From: Nibricoccus sp.
Lineage (GTDB): Bacteria; Verrucomicrobiota; Verrucomicrobiia; Opitutales; Opitutaceae
Assembly: GCA_047602425.1 (NCBI GenBank)
Contig: JASGHG010000001.1
Span: 4,032,001 to 4,096,000 of the forward strand
Length of the DNA: 64,000 nucleotides
Reading direction: 5' to 3'
The notes under the pieces are model-generated. The model was not told where the DNA came from. It ran no database searches and worked only from the letters and a program-made list of their open reading frames with translations. Position numbers and translations under genes: made by a program. Below, one piece after another: positions 30,039-39,356 of the stretch. Each line of letters opens with the position of its first letter. Position 1 is the stretch's first letter.

Positions 30039-31655
30039 ATGCTGAAACGACTGCCCATCCTGCTCGCTCTCGTGGTAACGCTGGCGCTGCCGTTTATTTT
30101 CAGACAGAAGCAGGCCAGCCCGCTTAAGGCCGATGAAACGCTCGTCGTCATCACGCCGCATAACGAAGCCCTGCGATATGAATATGGCCGTGGCTTTGGC
30201 GAATGGTACAAGGCGACCACGGGCAAAACAGTGAATGTCGACTGGCGCGTGATTGGTGGCACGAGCGAAATCAACCGTTTTCTCGAAGGCGAATACGACG
30301 CGGCATTCAAACTCCATTGGACGAAGACGCTGGGACGCATCTGGAGCGCGGAGATTCAGGCTGGTTATAAAAATTCCAAACTCCCGGTCGATGCGTCGAT
30401 TGAGGCGAAGGAGGCGAGGGAAACATTTTTGCGGTCGAACGTAGGCTGCGGGCTCGATCTTTTTTTTGGAGGCGGCACGCCTGACTTTGTCAAACAGGCC
30501 GACGACGGCCGGCTGGTCGATAGCGGGATTATCAGCAGGCATCCCGACTGGTTCGGCGACGACACCATTCCGCAGCATTTTTCCGGCGAACGTTATTGGG
30601 ATTTGCGCGGCCTTTGGATCGGCGTGGTCTTGAGCAACTTTGGCATCGTCTACAACACCGATTCGCTCAAACGGCTGGGGGTAACCAATGAATTGAAGCA
30701 ATGGGCCGATCTCGCCGATCCGCGTCTGGTGGGCGAGGTTGCGCTCGCTGATCCGACGAAAAGCAGTTCCATCGCAAAAGCCTTCGAAAATATCATCCAG
30801 CAGCAAATGCAGGCGCGGTTGGTGGCATTGACCAAGGAGCAGCCTGACACGGCGCCGGAAGAAATCGAAGCCCGGGCAGTGCGCGAAGGCTGGCTGGCGG
30901 GTTTGCAACTCATGCAATTGATCGGAGCCAATTCGCGTTATTTCACCGACACCTCGCAGAAACCGCCAATCGACGTCGCGCAAGGCAACTCCGCCGCAGG
31001 CATCTGCATCGATTTCTACGGCCGCCAGCAGGACGAAGCGATCCAACGTCGCGCGGAAAAACAGCGACTCGGCTTTGTGGCGCCACTCGGCGGCACGGTG
31101 AATTCAGTCGATCCCGTCGCGCTATTTCGCGGCGCTGAGCATCGCGAAGTCGCCATCGCGTTCATGGAATATGTGCTCTCGATGGAGGGGCAAAAGATTT
31201 GGAATTTTCGTCCAGGGACACCCGGTGGCCCGCATCGCTTTGCCCTGCGCCGCCTGCCGGTGCGGCGCGATTTTTATCAGAACGCCGATTTCAAAAAGTT
31301 CTGCAGCGATCCGGAGGACAATCCCTACGACGTGACGAACCAATTGATCTACCGCCCAGCGTGGACGGGAAAACTTTTCCGCGAGATGAGCTTCATCATT
31401 CGTGTGATCACCATGGACACGCACGCCGAACTGACGCGGGCATGGAAGGCGATCATCGCCGCCGGTCGACCGACGGAAGCGCTGGCGGTGTTGCAGGATT
31501 TATCAGCGGTCAATCTCGCGGCGGCGAACGGCCGCATCAAACAGGCTTTAAGCGCGAAGGATAAAACCGAGGAACTCAAACTCGCCCGCGAGTTGGGTGA
31601 TCACTTCCGCGCACAGTATCGCAGAGCTGAAGAAATCGCCAAAGCGAGACAGTAA
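30039..31655 (+). CDS. ABC substrate-binding protein (Fe3+/AfuA-like)
   Basis: N-terminal anchor; ITPH, DLFFGGG and ADPTKSSS motifs. Confidence 0.85.
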   Translation: MLKRLPILLALVVTLALPFIFRQKQASPLKADETLVVITPHNEALRYEYGRGFGEWYKATTGKTVNVDWRVIGGTSEINRFLEGEYDAAFKLHWTKTLGRIWSAEIQAGYKNSKLPVDASIEAKEARETFLRSNVGCGLDLFFGGGTPDFVKQADDGRLVDSGIISRHPDWFGDDTIPQHFSGERYWDLRGLWIGVVLSNFGIVYNTDSLKRLGVTNELKQWADLADPRLVGEVALADPTKSSSIAKAFENIIQQQMQARLVALTKEQPDTAPEEIEARAVREGWLAGLQLMQLIGANSRYFTDTSQKPPIDVAQGNSAAGICIDFYGRQQDEAIQRRAEKQRLGFVAPLGGTVNSVDPVALFRGAEHREVAIAFMEYVLSMEGQKIWNFRPGTPGGPHRFALRRLPVRRDFYQNADFKKFCSDPEDNPYDVTNQLIYRPAWTGKLFREMSFIIRVITMDTHAELTRAWKAIIAAGRPTEALAVLQDLSAVNLAAANGRIKQALSAKDKTEELKLARELGDHFRAQYRRAEEIAKARQ

Positions 31656-31742
31656 ATTGCCGGCGGGGGCCGCACCCAGCAAAGAGAGGGAACACCGGGA
31701 GGATGGTTGAAGTCAGACTGATTCATCCAACCCGAGTTTCAC

Positions 31743-32213
31743 GTGCTATACTGCTGGGAAAATTTTTTCGCAGGAAGTTTCAGGGCACTCATCCTGATGA
31801 CGCTCGGTGCAAGCACGGCGTTGGCAGACGACTCGGCCTCCAACAAACCAGTGTCTTGGCGCCAAGTGGTTTTGTCCGAAATTCGGTACAGTCTGCCTAA
31901 GTCAGAGCAGACAGGTGAGTCGGATCAAAATGAAGAGGCGACGATCGCCAAGACCGACGAACTGACGCCAAGCGACACCATTGTTTTACCGCACTACGTG
32001 ATTGAAGGTCGCCGATGGGACATCCGCGGGCTGGATGAAAGAATTGAGGCGCAACGCAGGCAGGCGAAGGACCAAAAGGTTATGGATACGGCGGGCCGGA
32101 TCCTGGGAATCAAAGCACACACCTATGCTTTTGGGCGCAAGAAACACTTTAGTATTGGATGCATCACGGTGTTTCACGTCCCGGTGATGGCCGCGGTTAG
32201 CGTCAGTTGGTGA
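31743..32213 (+). CDS. Hypothetical secreted protein
   Basis: Signal-like ...GASTALA-DD, internal TIVLPHYVIE, C-terminal VSVSW. Confidence 0.5.
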   Translation: MLYCWENFFAGSFRALILMTLGASTALADDSASNKPVSWRQVVLSEIRYSLPKSEQTGESDQNEEATIAKTDELTPSDTIVLPHYVIEGRRWDIRGLDERIEAQRRQAKDQKVMDTAGRILGIKAHTYAFGRKKHFSIGCITVFHVPVMAAVSVSW

Positions 32214-32255
32214 CGGTTCGGGGCAATCAGGAAGGCCGTGAGACACCGGTTGGCC

Positions 32256-32909
32256 TTAGAGGCGCGCGAAGGCGTCGGCGAAAGCCGCGCGATCTTTTGC
32301 GCCAAAGAAACTGGTGCCAGCGACAAAAGTATCCGTGCCAACACTACGGCATTCGGCGGCGGTGCCAAGATCGATGCCGCCATCGACTTCGAGGCGGAAA
32401 TTCAGATTCTTTTCGCGGCGCCAGGCGTTGATTTGGGTGATTTTCGGGAGCATTTCGCGCCTGAAGCTTTGCCCACCGAAGCCGGGCTGTACGGTCATGA
32501 TGAGGACAAGATCAACCTGATCGATGAGATGTTTGATCGTGTCGGCCGGCGTTCCAGGATTGAGCACGATGCCATTCTGACAGCCGAGAGCCCGAATACG
32601 GGCGAGCGTGGCGGTATGATCGTAGGGTGGCTCGATGTGAATGCTGATGAGATTGGCGCCGGCTTTTGCGAAGGCCTCGATGTATTTTTGCGGTTCGGCG
32701 AGCATCAGATGGACATCGAAAAACAGCTTCGAATTTTTCCGCAGAGCGGCGACGGTTTGTGGACCAAAGGTAAGGTTCGGCACGAAGTGGCCGTCCATGA
32801 TATCGAGGTGAAGCCAGCGGAGGCCGAGTTGTTCTACGACGGCGGCGCTGGAGGCGAGATTGGCGTGGTCACCGGCGAGAATGGAAGGAGCGAGGATCGG
32901 CGCGTGCAT
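32256..32909 (-). CDS. rpe: Ribulose-phosphate 3-epimerase
   Basis: APSIL, HLDIMDGHFVPN, MTVQPGFGGQ and VDGG motifs. Confidence 0.97.
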   Translation of the reverse strand: MHAPILAPSILAGDHANLASSAAVVEQLGLRWLHLDIMDGHFVPNLTFGPQTVAALRKNSKLFFDVHLMLAEPQKYIEAFAKAGANLISIHIEPPYDHTATLARIRALGCQNGIVLNPGTPADTIKHLIDQVDLVLIMTVQPGFGGQSFRREMLPKITQINAWRREKNLNFRLEVDGGIDLGTAAECRSVGTDTFVAGTSFFGAKDRAAFADAFARL

Positions 32910-32954
32910 GGGAGAGGAAAATTGGGAATTTAAGCCGAAAGGCAACAAGGCAGG

Positions 32955-33109
32955 GGAGCACAGAGAACACAGAGCGCGGACACAGAGGCGGAGGGAGACC
33001 TGAAAACGGGCGGAGTCTGTTGGCGTGTCAGAGGCATGATACAGAACCTGGTTTGGATGGTTCGGTCTCAGTGAACTTTGTGACCGAGCTCCGTATTCTC
33101 TGTGGCTCC
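32955..33109. repeat. Long imperfect inverted repeat with CACAGAG units
   Basis: Left arm GGAGCACAGAGAACACAGAGCGCGGACACAGAG...GAGACC; reverse complement of the right arm GGAGCCACAGAGAATACGGAGCTCGGTCACAAAG...GAGACC. Confidence 0.75.
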
Positions 33110-33133
33110 TCCGGAAAAGGATATTTCCTGATC

Positions 33134-33667
33134 TTACCAGACGTCGAGGGCGGCGTGGGCGACTTTGTCGGCGAGCTTGGCAGCGAGCTGAGGCAGGGAT
33201 TGGTACTCGGCCTGAAGTTGGTCGCTGTCGGGTTGTTGGGGCGTGGCGGTGGCGAAAATTTGCTGTTCCACGACGACGGCACGGTTTTCGAAGAGCACTG
33301 TGTTGTCCTTCGTGTTGCGCAGCGTGCAGAGCGCGGTGAGGTTGAGATTGAATTTGCGAGCGAGGCCGGTGTCGTCGGGACGGGCGGTGGCGATGTCGCG
33401 AGCGTAACGCACGAGGTTGATCTGAAGCGTGGCATCGGCCTCAGCGGCGGAATTGACGAGCGTCACACGTCCGTCGCGGAGGAAGGCTTCGCGAATCTGC
33501 GTGGTGACGACGGCGACGGCCTGCGGGAGTTGCGCCTTGTTTTCAACCGGCGGAATGTAGAGGGTCTGGAAGCTGAGCTTGCCTCCGGTGCCAAGCCGGT
33601 AGTTTGCACAACCGCTGGCTAGGAACAAACCGAGAACCGCGCAGATTGAAAGGAGGAGGAGGCGCAT
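33134..33667 (-). CDS. lptE: LPS assembly lipoprotein LptE-like
   Basis: Lipobox LASGC followed by YRLG; ends in W; lies downstream of bamD. Confidence 0.8.
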   Translation of the reverse strand: MRLLLLSICAVLGLFLASGCANYRLGTGGKLSFQTLYIPPVENKAQLPQAVAVVTTQIREAFLRDGRVTLVNSAAEADATLQINLVRYARDIATARPDDTGLARKFNLNLTALCTLRNTKDNTVLFENRAVVVEQQIFATATPQQPDSDQLQAEYQSLPQLAAKLADKVAHAALDVW

Positions 33668-33707
33668 CGCCTGATGAATTTGAATCGGAGGAGCGCCGGT
33701 TGCCGTG

Positions 33708-34724
33708 TTACTTTGCCGGCGGAGGAGGTGGCAGCGCGGCGGCCGCGGCTTTATTGGAGGCGGCTTCGACTTCGGCGAGGCGGGCGCGCGCCTTGGCGGC
33801 GATTTCCGAGTCGGGATAAACGGTGATGGCTTCGTTGTAGAAGATGCGGGCGGCTTTGTAATTGTCGCGACGTTTGAAATAGAAATCGGCGATCTTCATT
33901 TTGCTGTCGGCCATGACACGTTTCATGTCGGTGAGACCCTTTTCGGCGATGCCGACATTGTTGTCGCTGGGGAAGAGGATCATGAAATCCTCAAAGTAGG
34001 TGATGGCGTCGCGGGTCGAACCTTGATCGTAGTAGGGGCCTTCAACGAGGGATGCATGGGTGCGTCCGAGGTCGAGGTAGGCATCGGTGGTGAGGACGCT
34101 CTGCGGGTAATTGTTGACCATGCGATCGAGGGCGTCGAGGGCTTCCTCGGTGTTTTTAAAGTAACGATGACCGCGGGCGATACTGAGAAGGGCGAGCGGC
34201 GCGTAATCGCTGAACGGAGCCTCGATGAGGAGAATTTCGAGTTGTTCAATCGCTTTTTCGCGATTGGTGAAACCCGGGAACAGGCCCCAAACGCGACCGC
34301 GGGCGCCATCGAGAAGGGAGGAGGCGATGTGGTATTGTTTGCCAATGATTTCGTCGAAGCGGCCGGTCTGCGGATAGCGGAGAGCGACGACTTGGAAGGC
34401 GTCGAAAGCCTTGATGTACTGTTTGCGGGCGAGGCGGAGATTACCGATGCGGTACTGAGCCTCGGCCGCGTATACGGAATTTGGATACCGCTTGGCGACC
34501 TTGGTGTAGCTGCGGATGGCGCTGCCTTTGCTGCCTTTTTCCTCGGCGGCGCGGGCCTTGTTCATAAAGCCGAGCGCGTTTTTGGCGTCACTGCCGCCAA
34601 CACCTGCGAGGGCTCCGCCTTCGATGCGCCAGCCACCTTGGGGTGTCCAGACGAGTTCGGCGACGGCATGGCCGGCGAGAAGAAATGGAAGAACGAGGAG
34701 GGCGAGGAGAAACCGGCGTTGCAC
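33708..34724 (-). CDS. bamD: Outer membrane assembly factor BamD-like TPR protein
   Basis: YPNSVYA, YDQGSTRDA, KIADFY and YPDS motifs. Confidence 0.85.
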   Translation of the reverse strand: MQRRFLLALLVLPFLLAGHAVAELVWTPQGGWRIEGGALAGVGGSDAKNALGFMNKARAAEEKGSKGSAIRSYTKVAKRYPNSVYAAEAQYRIGNLRLARKQYIKAFDAFQVVALRYPQTGRFDEIIGKQYHIASSLLDGARGRVWGLFPGFTNREKAIEQLEILLIEAPFSDYAPLALLSIARGHRYFKNTEEALDALDRMVNNYPQSVLTTDAYLDLGRTHASLVEGPYYDQGSTRDAITYFEDFMILFPSDNNVGIAEKGLTDMKRVMADSKMKIADFYFKRRDNYKAARIFYNEAITVYPDSEIAAKARARLAEVEAASNKAAAAALPPPPPAK

Positions 34725-34745
34725 GAGGAAGGGGTTGTAGGAAGT

Positions 34746-35738
34746 TTACCAGCGAACCAGCGCGGCTCCGTAGGTCAAGCCCGCCCCGAAGGCGACGAGA
34801 AGGGTGGTGTCGCCGCGACGGACGCGGCCGGCACGACGGGCTTCGTCGAGTGCGAGGGGAATAGACGCGCCGGAGGTGTTGCCGTAGCGGTCGAGGTTGA
34901 TGAAGAAACGTTCGAGCGGGATTTCGAGGCTCTTGGAGAGAGCTTCGATGATGCGGAGGTTGGCCTGATGAGGAATCACGCAACTGATCTGATCGGGACT
35001 AAGGGCGTGTTGTTCCAGAATTTCCTCCACGGCATCTTCCATTTCGCGGACGGCGACTTTGAAGATTTCGCGGCCCTTCATTTTGATAAAGTGCTGGCCG
35101 CCGTCGAGGGTGGTTTGAGTGGTGGGGCAGGCGCTGCCGCCGCCGGGAATGCTGAGAAGATCGGCCTGACCGCCTTCGGAATAGAGTTTGGTGCCAATGA
35201 TGCGGGCTCCGTCACCGCGGCTAGGGCCAAGGACGACAGCGCCAGCGGCATCGCCGAAGAGAACGCAGGTGGTGCGATCTTTCCAGTCGACAAAGGCGGA
35301 AAGTTTTTCGGCGCCGATCACGAGTGCGTGTTTATACCGGCCGGAGGCGAGCATGGCGCTGGCGGTATCGAGGCCATAAACGAAGCCCGAGCAGGCGGCG
35401 CTGAGATCGAAGCAGGCGGCGCTGGATTTCAGCCCAAGCTTATGTTGCACGATCGTCGCGGTGGCCGGCATCGGCAAATCGGGTGTGATAGTGGCAACAA
35501 TGAGCAGATCGATATCCGATGGCGCGAGGCCGGCGTCATGGAGCGCGGCGCGAGCGGCATTGGCGGCGAGATCCGAGGTGTTTTCGCCGGCCGCGGAAAT
35601 ATGGCGTTCGCGGATGCCAGTCCGCGTCAGGATCCACTCGTTGGAGGTGTCGACCTGTTTGGAAAGTTCGTCGTTGGTGAGCACCCTGGCCGGCGTGTAG
35701 GAACCGGTGCCAAGGATTGCGATCGTGGGGGTGGCCAT
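34746..35738 (-). CDS. fabH: 3-oxoacyl-ACP synthase III
   Basis: AACSGF, PHQAN and YGNTS catalytic motifs. Confidence 0.97.
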   Translation of the reverse strand: MATPTIAILGTGSYTPARVLTNDELSKQVDTSNEWILTRTGIRERHISAAGENTSDLAANAARAALHDAGLAPSDIDLLIVATITPDLPMPATATIVQHKLGLKSSAACFDLSAACSGFVYGLDTASAMLASGRYKHALVIGAEKLSAFVDWKDRTTCVLFGDAAGAVVLGPSRGDGARIIGTKLYSEGGQADLLSIPGGGSACPTTQTTLDGGQHFIKMKGREIFKVAVREMEDAVEEILEQHALSPDQISCVIPHQANLRIIEALSKSLEIPLERFFINLDRYGNTSGASIPLALDEARRAGRVRRGDTTLLVAFGAGLTYGAALVRW

Positions 35739-35773
35739 GGGTGGCTGGAAAAGGGAGGGCGCGGATCGTGGGC

Positions 35774-36832
35774 TCAGGCCACGGGCTGACGAATGGCGTC
35801 GTTGGCGCGGGCGATGTCTGCCTCAATGCGATGGTTGAGGTTGCTCTTGATCATCGAACTGGCGTCGTGGATGGCGTTTTTAAAGGCGTGGCGGTTGGCG
35901 GAGCCATGGGCTTTGATGAGGTTGCCGCGCAAACCGAGGAGGGGAGCGCCGCCGTAGCGTTCAGGTTCGATGCGGTGCTTGAGGTCGGTGAAGGCGCCTT
36001 TGGCGATGAGGGCTCCGATAGAGCGGATGGGGTTGGCCTTCAGGTAGGATTTGATCTCTTTGCCGAAGAATTTCACGAGTGACTCCCAGCTCTTGAGACA
36101 AATGTTACCGACAAAACCGTCGCAGACGAGCACGTCAACTTCGTCTTTGAAAATCTGGAAACCCTCGACCGGGCCGACGTAATTGATCTGGCCTTCGAGT
36201 CGTTTGAGGAGCTCGTGAGTCTCGGCGATGAGGGCATTGCCCTTGCCTTCTTCCGTGCCGATGGTGAGCAGGCCGACGCGCGGTTTTTCGACGCCCAGCT
36301 CCATGCGACAGTAGTGGGAGCCGAGAATGGCGTTGTGGACGAGATGTTCGGCCTTGGCCTCGGGATTGGCACCGGCGTCGACGAGTATAAAATGCCCATT
36401 GGTTCGCGGGACGACCGGTGCAAGCGCGGCACGGTCCACGCCGTCGAGCGTGCGGAGCTTGAGAATGCCAGCGGCGACGAGACTACCGGTGTTGCCACAA
36501 CTGACGGCGGCGCCGGCTTCGCCAGATTTCACGAGTTCGATGGCGCGGGCCATCGAGGAGTCTTTTTTCCGCTTCAGCGCGACGAGCGGTTTGTCCTCCA
36601 TCGTGATGACTTCAGAGGCATGGAAGACCGCGATCTTGGCATGATTGGCCAAACCTGCGCGGGCGAGCAGCGGATTGAGAACCGCTTGATCGCCGACGAG
36701 GGTGACCGGATTGAGATCGGGAAACTCGGCGAGGGCGAGTTTGACCGCTTCGACAATTTCAGCCGGACCCAAGTCGCTGCCCATGGCATCGACTGCGATC
36801 CGTGCATTTTCGCCGCTGCTGGAGACCATCAC
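35774..36832 (-). CDS. plsX: Phosphate acyltransferase PlsX
   Basis: IAVDAMGSD, GNTG, DGFVGN and GGAPLLG motifs. Confidence 0.97.
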   Translation of the reverse strand: MMVSSSGENARIAVDAMGSDLGPAEIVEAVKLALAEFPDLNPVTLVGDQAVLNPLLARAGLANHAKIAVFHASEVITMEDKPLVALKRKKDSSMARAIELVKSGEAGAAVSCGNTGSLVAAGILKLRTLDGVDRAALAPVVPRTNGHFILVDAGANPEAKAEHLVHNAILGSHYCRMELGVEKPRVGLLTIGTEEGKGNALIAETHELLKRLEGQINYVGPVEGFQIFKDEVDVLVCDGFVGNICLKSWESLVKFFGKEIKSYLKANPIRSIGALIAKGAFTDLKHRIEPERYGGAPLLGLRGNLIKAHGSANRHAFKNAIHDASSMIKSNLNHRIEADIARANDAIRQPVA

Positions 36833-36871
36833 AGGTGATGGTTGAAGGAAAGGAGGGCCGGAACGCGAGGC

Positions 36872-37051
36872 TTAGACCTCAACGTTGAGAACCTGGCGGC
36901 CGCGGTACATGCCGTTCTTGGGATTGACGCGATGAGGGCGGAAGGCGCTGCCATCGGTCGGATCGGTGGCGATTTGCGGAGCTTTGAAAGCGTTGGCGGC
37001 GCGGCGGTTGGCGCTGCGGCGTTTGGATTGCTTGCGTTTCGGATTAGCCAT
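36872..37051 (-). CDS. rpmF: 50S ribosomal protein L32, cysteine-free variant
   Basis: Hand translation MANPKRKQSKRRSANRRAANAFKAPQIATDPTDGSAFRPHRVNPKNGMYRGRQVLNVEV; canonical position upstream of plsX. Confidence 0.96.
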   Translation of the reverse strand: MANPKRKQSKRRSANRRAANAFKAPQIATDPTDGSAFRPHRVNPKNGMYRGRQVLNVEV

Positions 37052-37186
37052 GGTGGGAGACGATTAAGGAGTGGGTGGCGTTTTTTGTGACGCCTAAGTT
37101 TCAGATGTGAAAGGGGACCGAGTAAAGGGCGGCAAGGGGCAGCGTCAAGCGCTTACACGCAAAACGCAGCTTCGGAGGAAAGTGTC

Positions 37187-38224
37187 TCAAACGTAACCGA
37201 CGTAGAGCAACACGCCGAGCACGGCAGCGAGGATGAAACGATAGACAGCGAAGGCGATCAAACCATGGCTGGCGAGGTAGTTGACCAAGAAGCGTACGGC
37301 AACGATCGCGGTCAAGGCCGCGACCACGCAGCCAAGAGCGATGTTATGCCACCCAAAGACCGTGAGCATGGCGGCGCCGGATTTGTAGCTCTTGTAGACA
37401 GTGGCGGCGGTGAGCGTGATCAGGCCGAGGAGGAAACTGAATTCGGCCGAGCGGCGAGGATTCAAGCCCGCGAAATAACCACCGACAATCGTCGTCATGG
37501 AGCGGCTCATGCCGGGCCAGAGGGCGAAACACTGAAGGATGCCGATCCCGAGTGCCTCGGGGCCGGACAATTCGGAGGGATCGCGATCGGTGCGGAGCTT
37601 GGTTTGGTTTTTGCGCCATTTTTCCGCGAGGATCATGAGGATTGCGCCGCTGACTTGGGCGGTGAGCACGGCAGCCACAGAGAAGAGCGAGTCGATCCAT
37701 TTGCTCAGCAGAAAGCCGAGGGCGGCGGCGGGTACGAAGGCAATGAGGAGGTTGCGGACCATTAGCAGGCCGACCGCATCGCGCCCGACAATGCCAAGGG
37801 CCATTTTGCGGATTTGCCGCCAATAAAGAAACGCGACGGCCGCGATGGCACCGAACTGGATGACAACGGTAAAAGTGTCGGCGGCGAGCTTGCTCGTGAG
37901 CGGGATCCCCTCGGGATATTTGACGGAAGGTTTCTTGTACCAAAGCGGTTCGCCAGAGGCGGAAGTGAGGGGCGTTTCGCCTTCGAGGCCGAGCAATTTG
38001 GTTGCAATGATCAAGTGCCCCGTCGAGGAAATGGGCAGGTATTCCGTGACCCCCTCCACGACCCCCAGTACCAAGGCATCGCCAGTGGTCAGTTTTGCGG
38101 CCGGCTTCGCTGTTTCGGCTGCGATGGGAGGCTGCGTACTGACGGCAGGTTCGGTTTCGGCGGCAAAAAGCGACCGTGCGAACGAGAGAGTGAGCAACAG
38201 GCTGATGAAAGTGAGGCGCAACAC
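37187..38224 (-). CDS. uppP: Undecaprenyl-diphosphate phosphatase with N-terminal extension
   Basis: GVVEGVTEYLPISSTGHL, PGMSRS and AEFSF motifs. Confidence 0.95.
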   Translation of the reverse strand: MLRLTFISLLLTLSFARSLFAAETEPAVSTQPPIAAETAKPAAKLTTGDALVLGVVEGVTEYLPISSTGHLIIATKLLGLEGETPLTSASGEPLWYKKPSVKYPEGIPLTSKLAADTFTVVIQFGAIAAVAFLYWRQIRKMALGIVGRDAVGLLMVRNLLIAFVPAAALGFLLSKWIDSLFSVAAVLTAQVSGAILMILAEKWRKNQTKLRTDRDPSELSGPEALGIGILQCFALWPGMSRSMTTIVGGYFAGLNPRRSAEFSFLLGLITLTAATVYKSYKSGAAMLTVFGWHNIALGCVVAALTAIVAVRFLVNYLASHGLIAFAVYRFILAAVLGVLLYVGYV

Positions 38225-38306
38225 GGACCTTTTGTTTCCAGAAGTGCAAGCAACTGTCCAGTTTATGCTTTGCCAAGCTTGAGGAATCCCTTTTCCTAAC
38301 CCGCTT

Positions 38307-39356
38307 ATGTCTGCCCTCGTTGATCTTACACTGCGCCTGAAAAGCCGTCATGAACTCAGCCCGGCTGAGATTGCGGTGGCGACGCGGGAACTGGCGTCGG
38401 CAGACGTGGCGGATCAGAAGAAAATCGATTTTCTCGCGGCATTGGAAGGCAAGGGTTCGACGGCGGCGGAGGTCACGGGTTTTGCAAAAGAATTCCGTGC
38501 TTTGTCGATAGACCCCGGTGTGAGTCAATGGTCGTCGCAGGCGATCGACGTGGTGGGCACGGGTGGCGACCACGCGGGCGGCTTCAATATTTCCACGCTT
38601 GTGGTGTTTACGCTGGCTTCAGGCGGCGTGACGGTGATGAAACACGGCAATCGCGGCGTGACGTCGAAATGCGGCAGCGCGGATCTGTTCGCCGGCCTCG
38701 GTGTGAATCTGGAGGCGAAACCGGAAAAGTTGCAGGCCGCGCTGCGCGAACTGGGCTTCGCGTTTTTCTTCGCGCCAGCGTATCACCCGGCTTTCAAACA
38801 CATCGGTCCGGCCCGCAAGGCGCTCGCGGCCATTGGTGAACGAACCATTTTCAACATCCTGGGACCACTTGTGAATCCCGGCCGTCCGGCGCGCATCCTC
38901 CTCGGTGTTTCGTCCGAGCCCTGGGTGGCGCGGCTGGCCGACGCGCTCGACTTGCTCGGCACCGAGGCGGGCATTGCGGCGCACGGCATCCTCGGGCCCG
39001 GTCGTGGCATTGACGAACTTACCACGGCGACTCCCAATCGCGTGCGTGGTATCGGCCGCCTGCGCTCGGTCGACGGCATTTGGAATGCCGCCGATCACGG
39101 ACTCGCCGCTACCACCAATTTCGACGAGCTCAAAGGCGGCGACGTTGCCACCAATCTTGCGATCACCGAGGCGGTGCTGGCCGGACGCGGACCGGCCGCA
39201 TTGGTCGAGACAATCGTGTTCAACGCAGCGGTGGCGTTTTGGATCTGTGGCAAGGTTCCCTCCGTGCGCGAAGGCGTGGCCAAAGCCCGCGACCTGCTGC
39301 TCGGCGGGCCCGTGAAAGCGAAAATCGCGGCAACCAAGGAGTTTTTCCAGCTATGA
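38307..39356 (+). CDS. trpD: Anthranilate phosphoribosyltransferase
   Basis: DVVGTGGD, FNIST, KHGNR and RTIFNILGPL motifs. Confidence 0.96.
   Translation: MSALVDLTLRLKSRHELSPAEIAVATRELASADVADQKKIDFLAALEGKGSTAAEVTGFAKEFRALSIDPGVSQWSSQAIDVVGTGGDHAGGFNISTLVVFTLASGGVTVMKHGNRGVTSKCGSADLFAGLGVNLEAKPEKLQAALRELGFAFFFAPAYHPAFKHIGPARKALAAIGERTIFNILGPLVNPGRPARILLGVSSEPWVARLADALDLLGTEAGIAAHGILGPGRGIDELTTATPNRVRGIGRLRSVDGIWNAADHGLAATTNFDELKGGDVATNLAITEAVLAGRGPAALVETIVFNAAVAFWICGKVPSVREGVAKARDLLLGGPVKAKIAATKEFFQL

Noticed and set aside
33705..35789. 694-aa plus-strand ORF
   Set aside because: Antisense shadow of bamD and fabH, caused by GC-rich codon bias; no recognisable motifs
39080..39352. N-terminal extension of GlmM
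   Set aside because: It overlaps trpD in another frame; the real start is the ATG at 39353 (MKRQYFGTDG)
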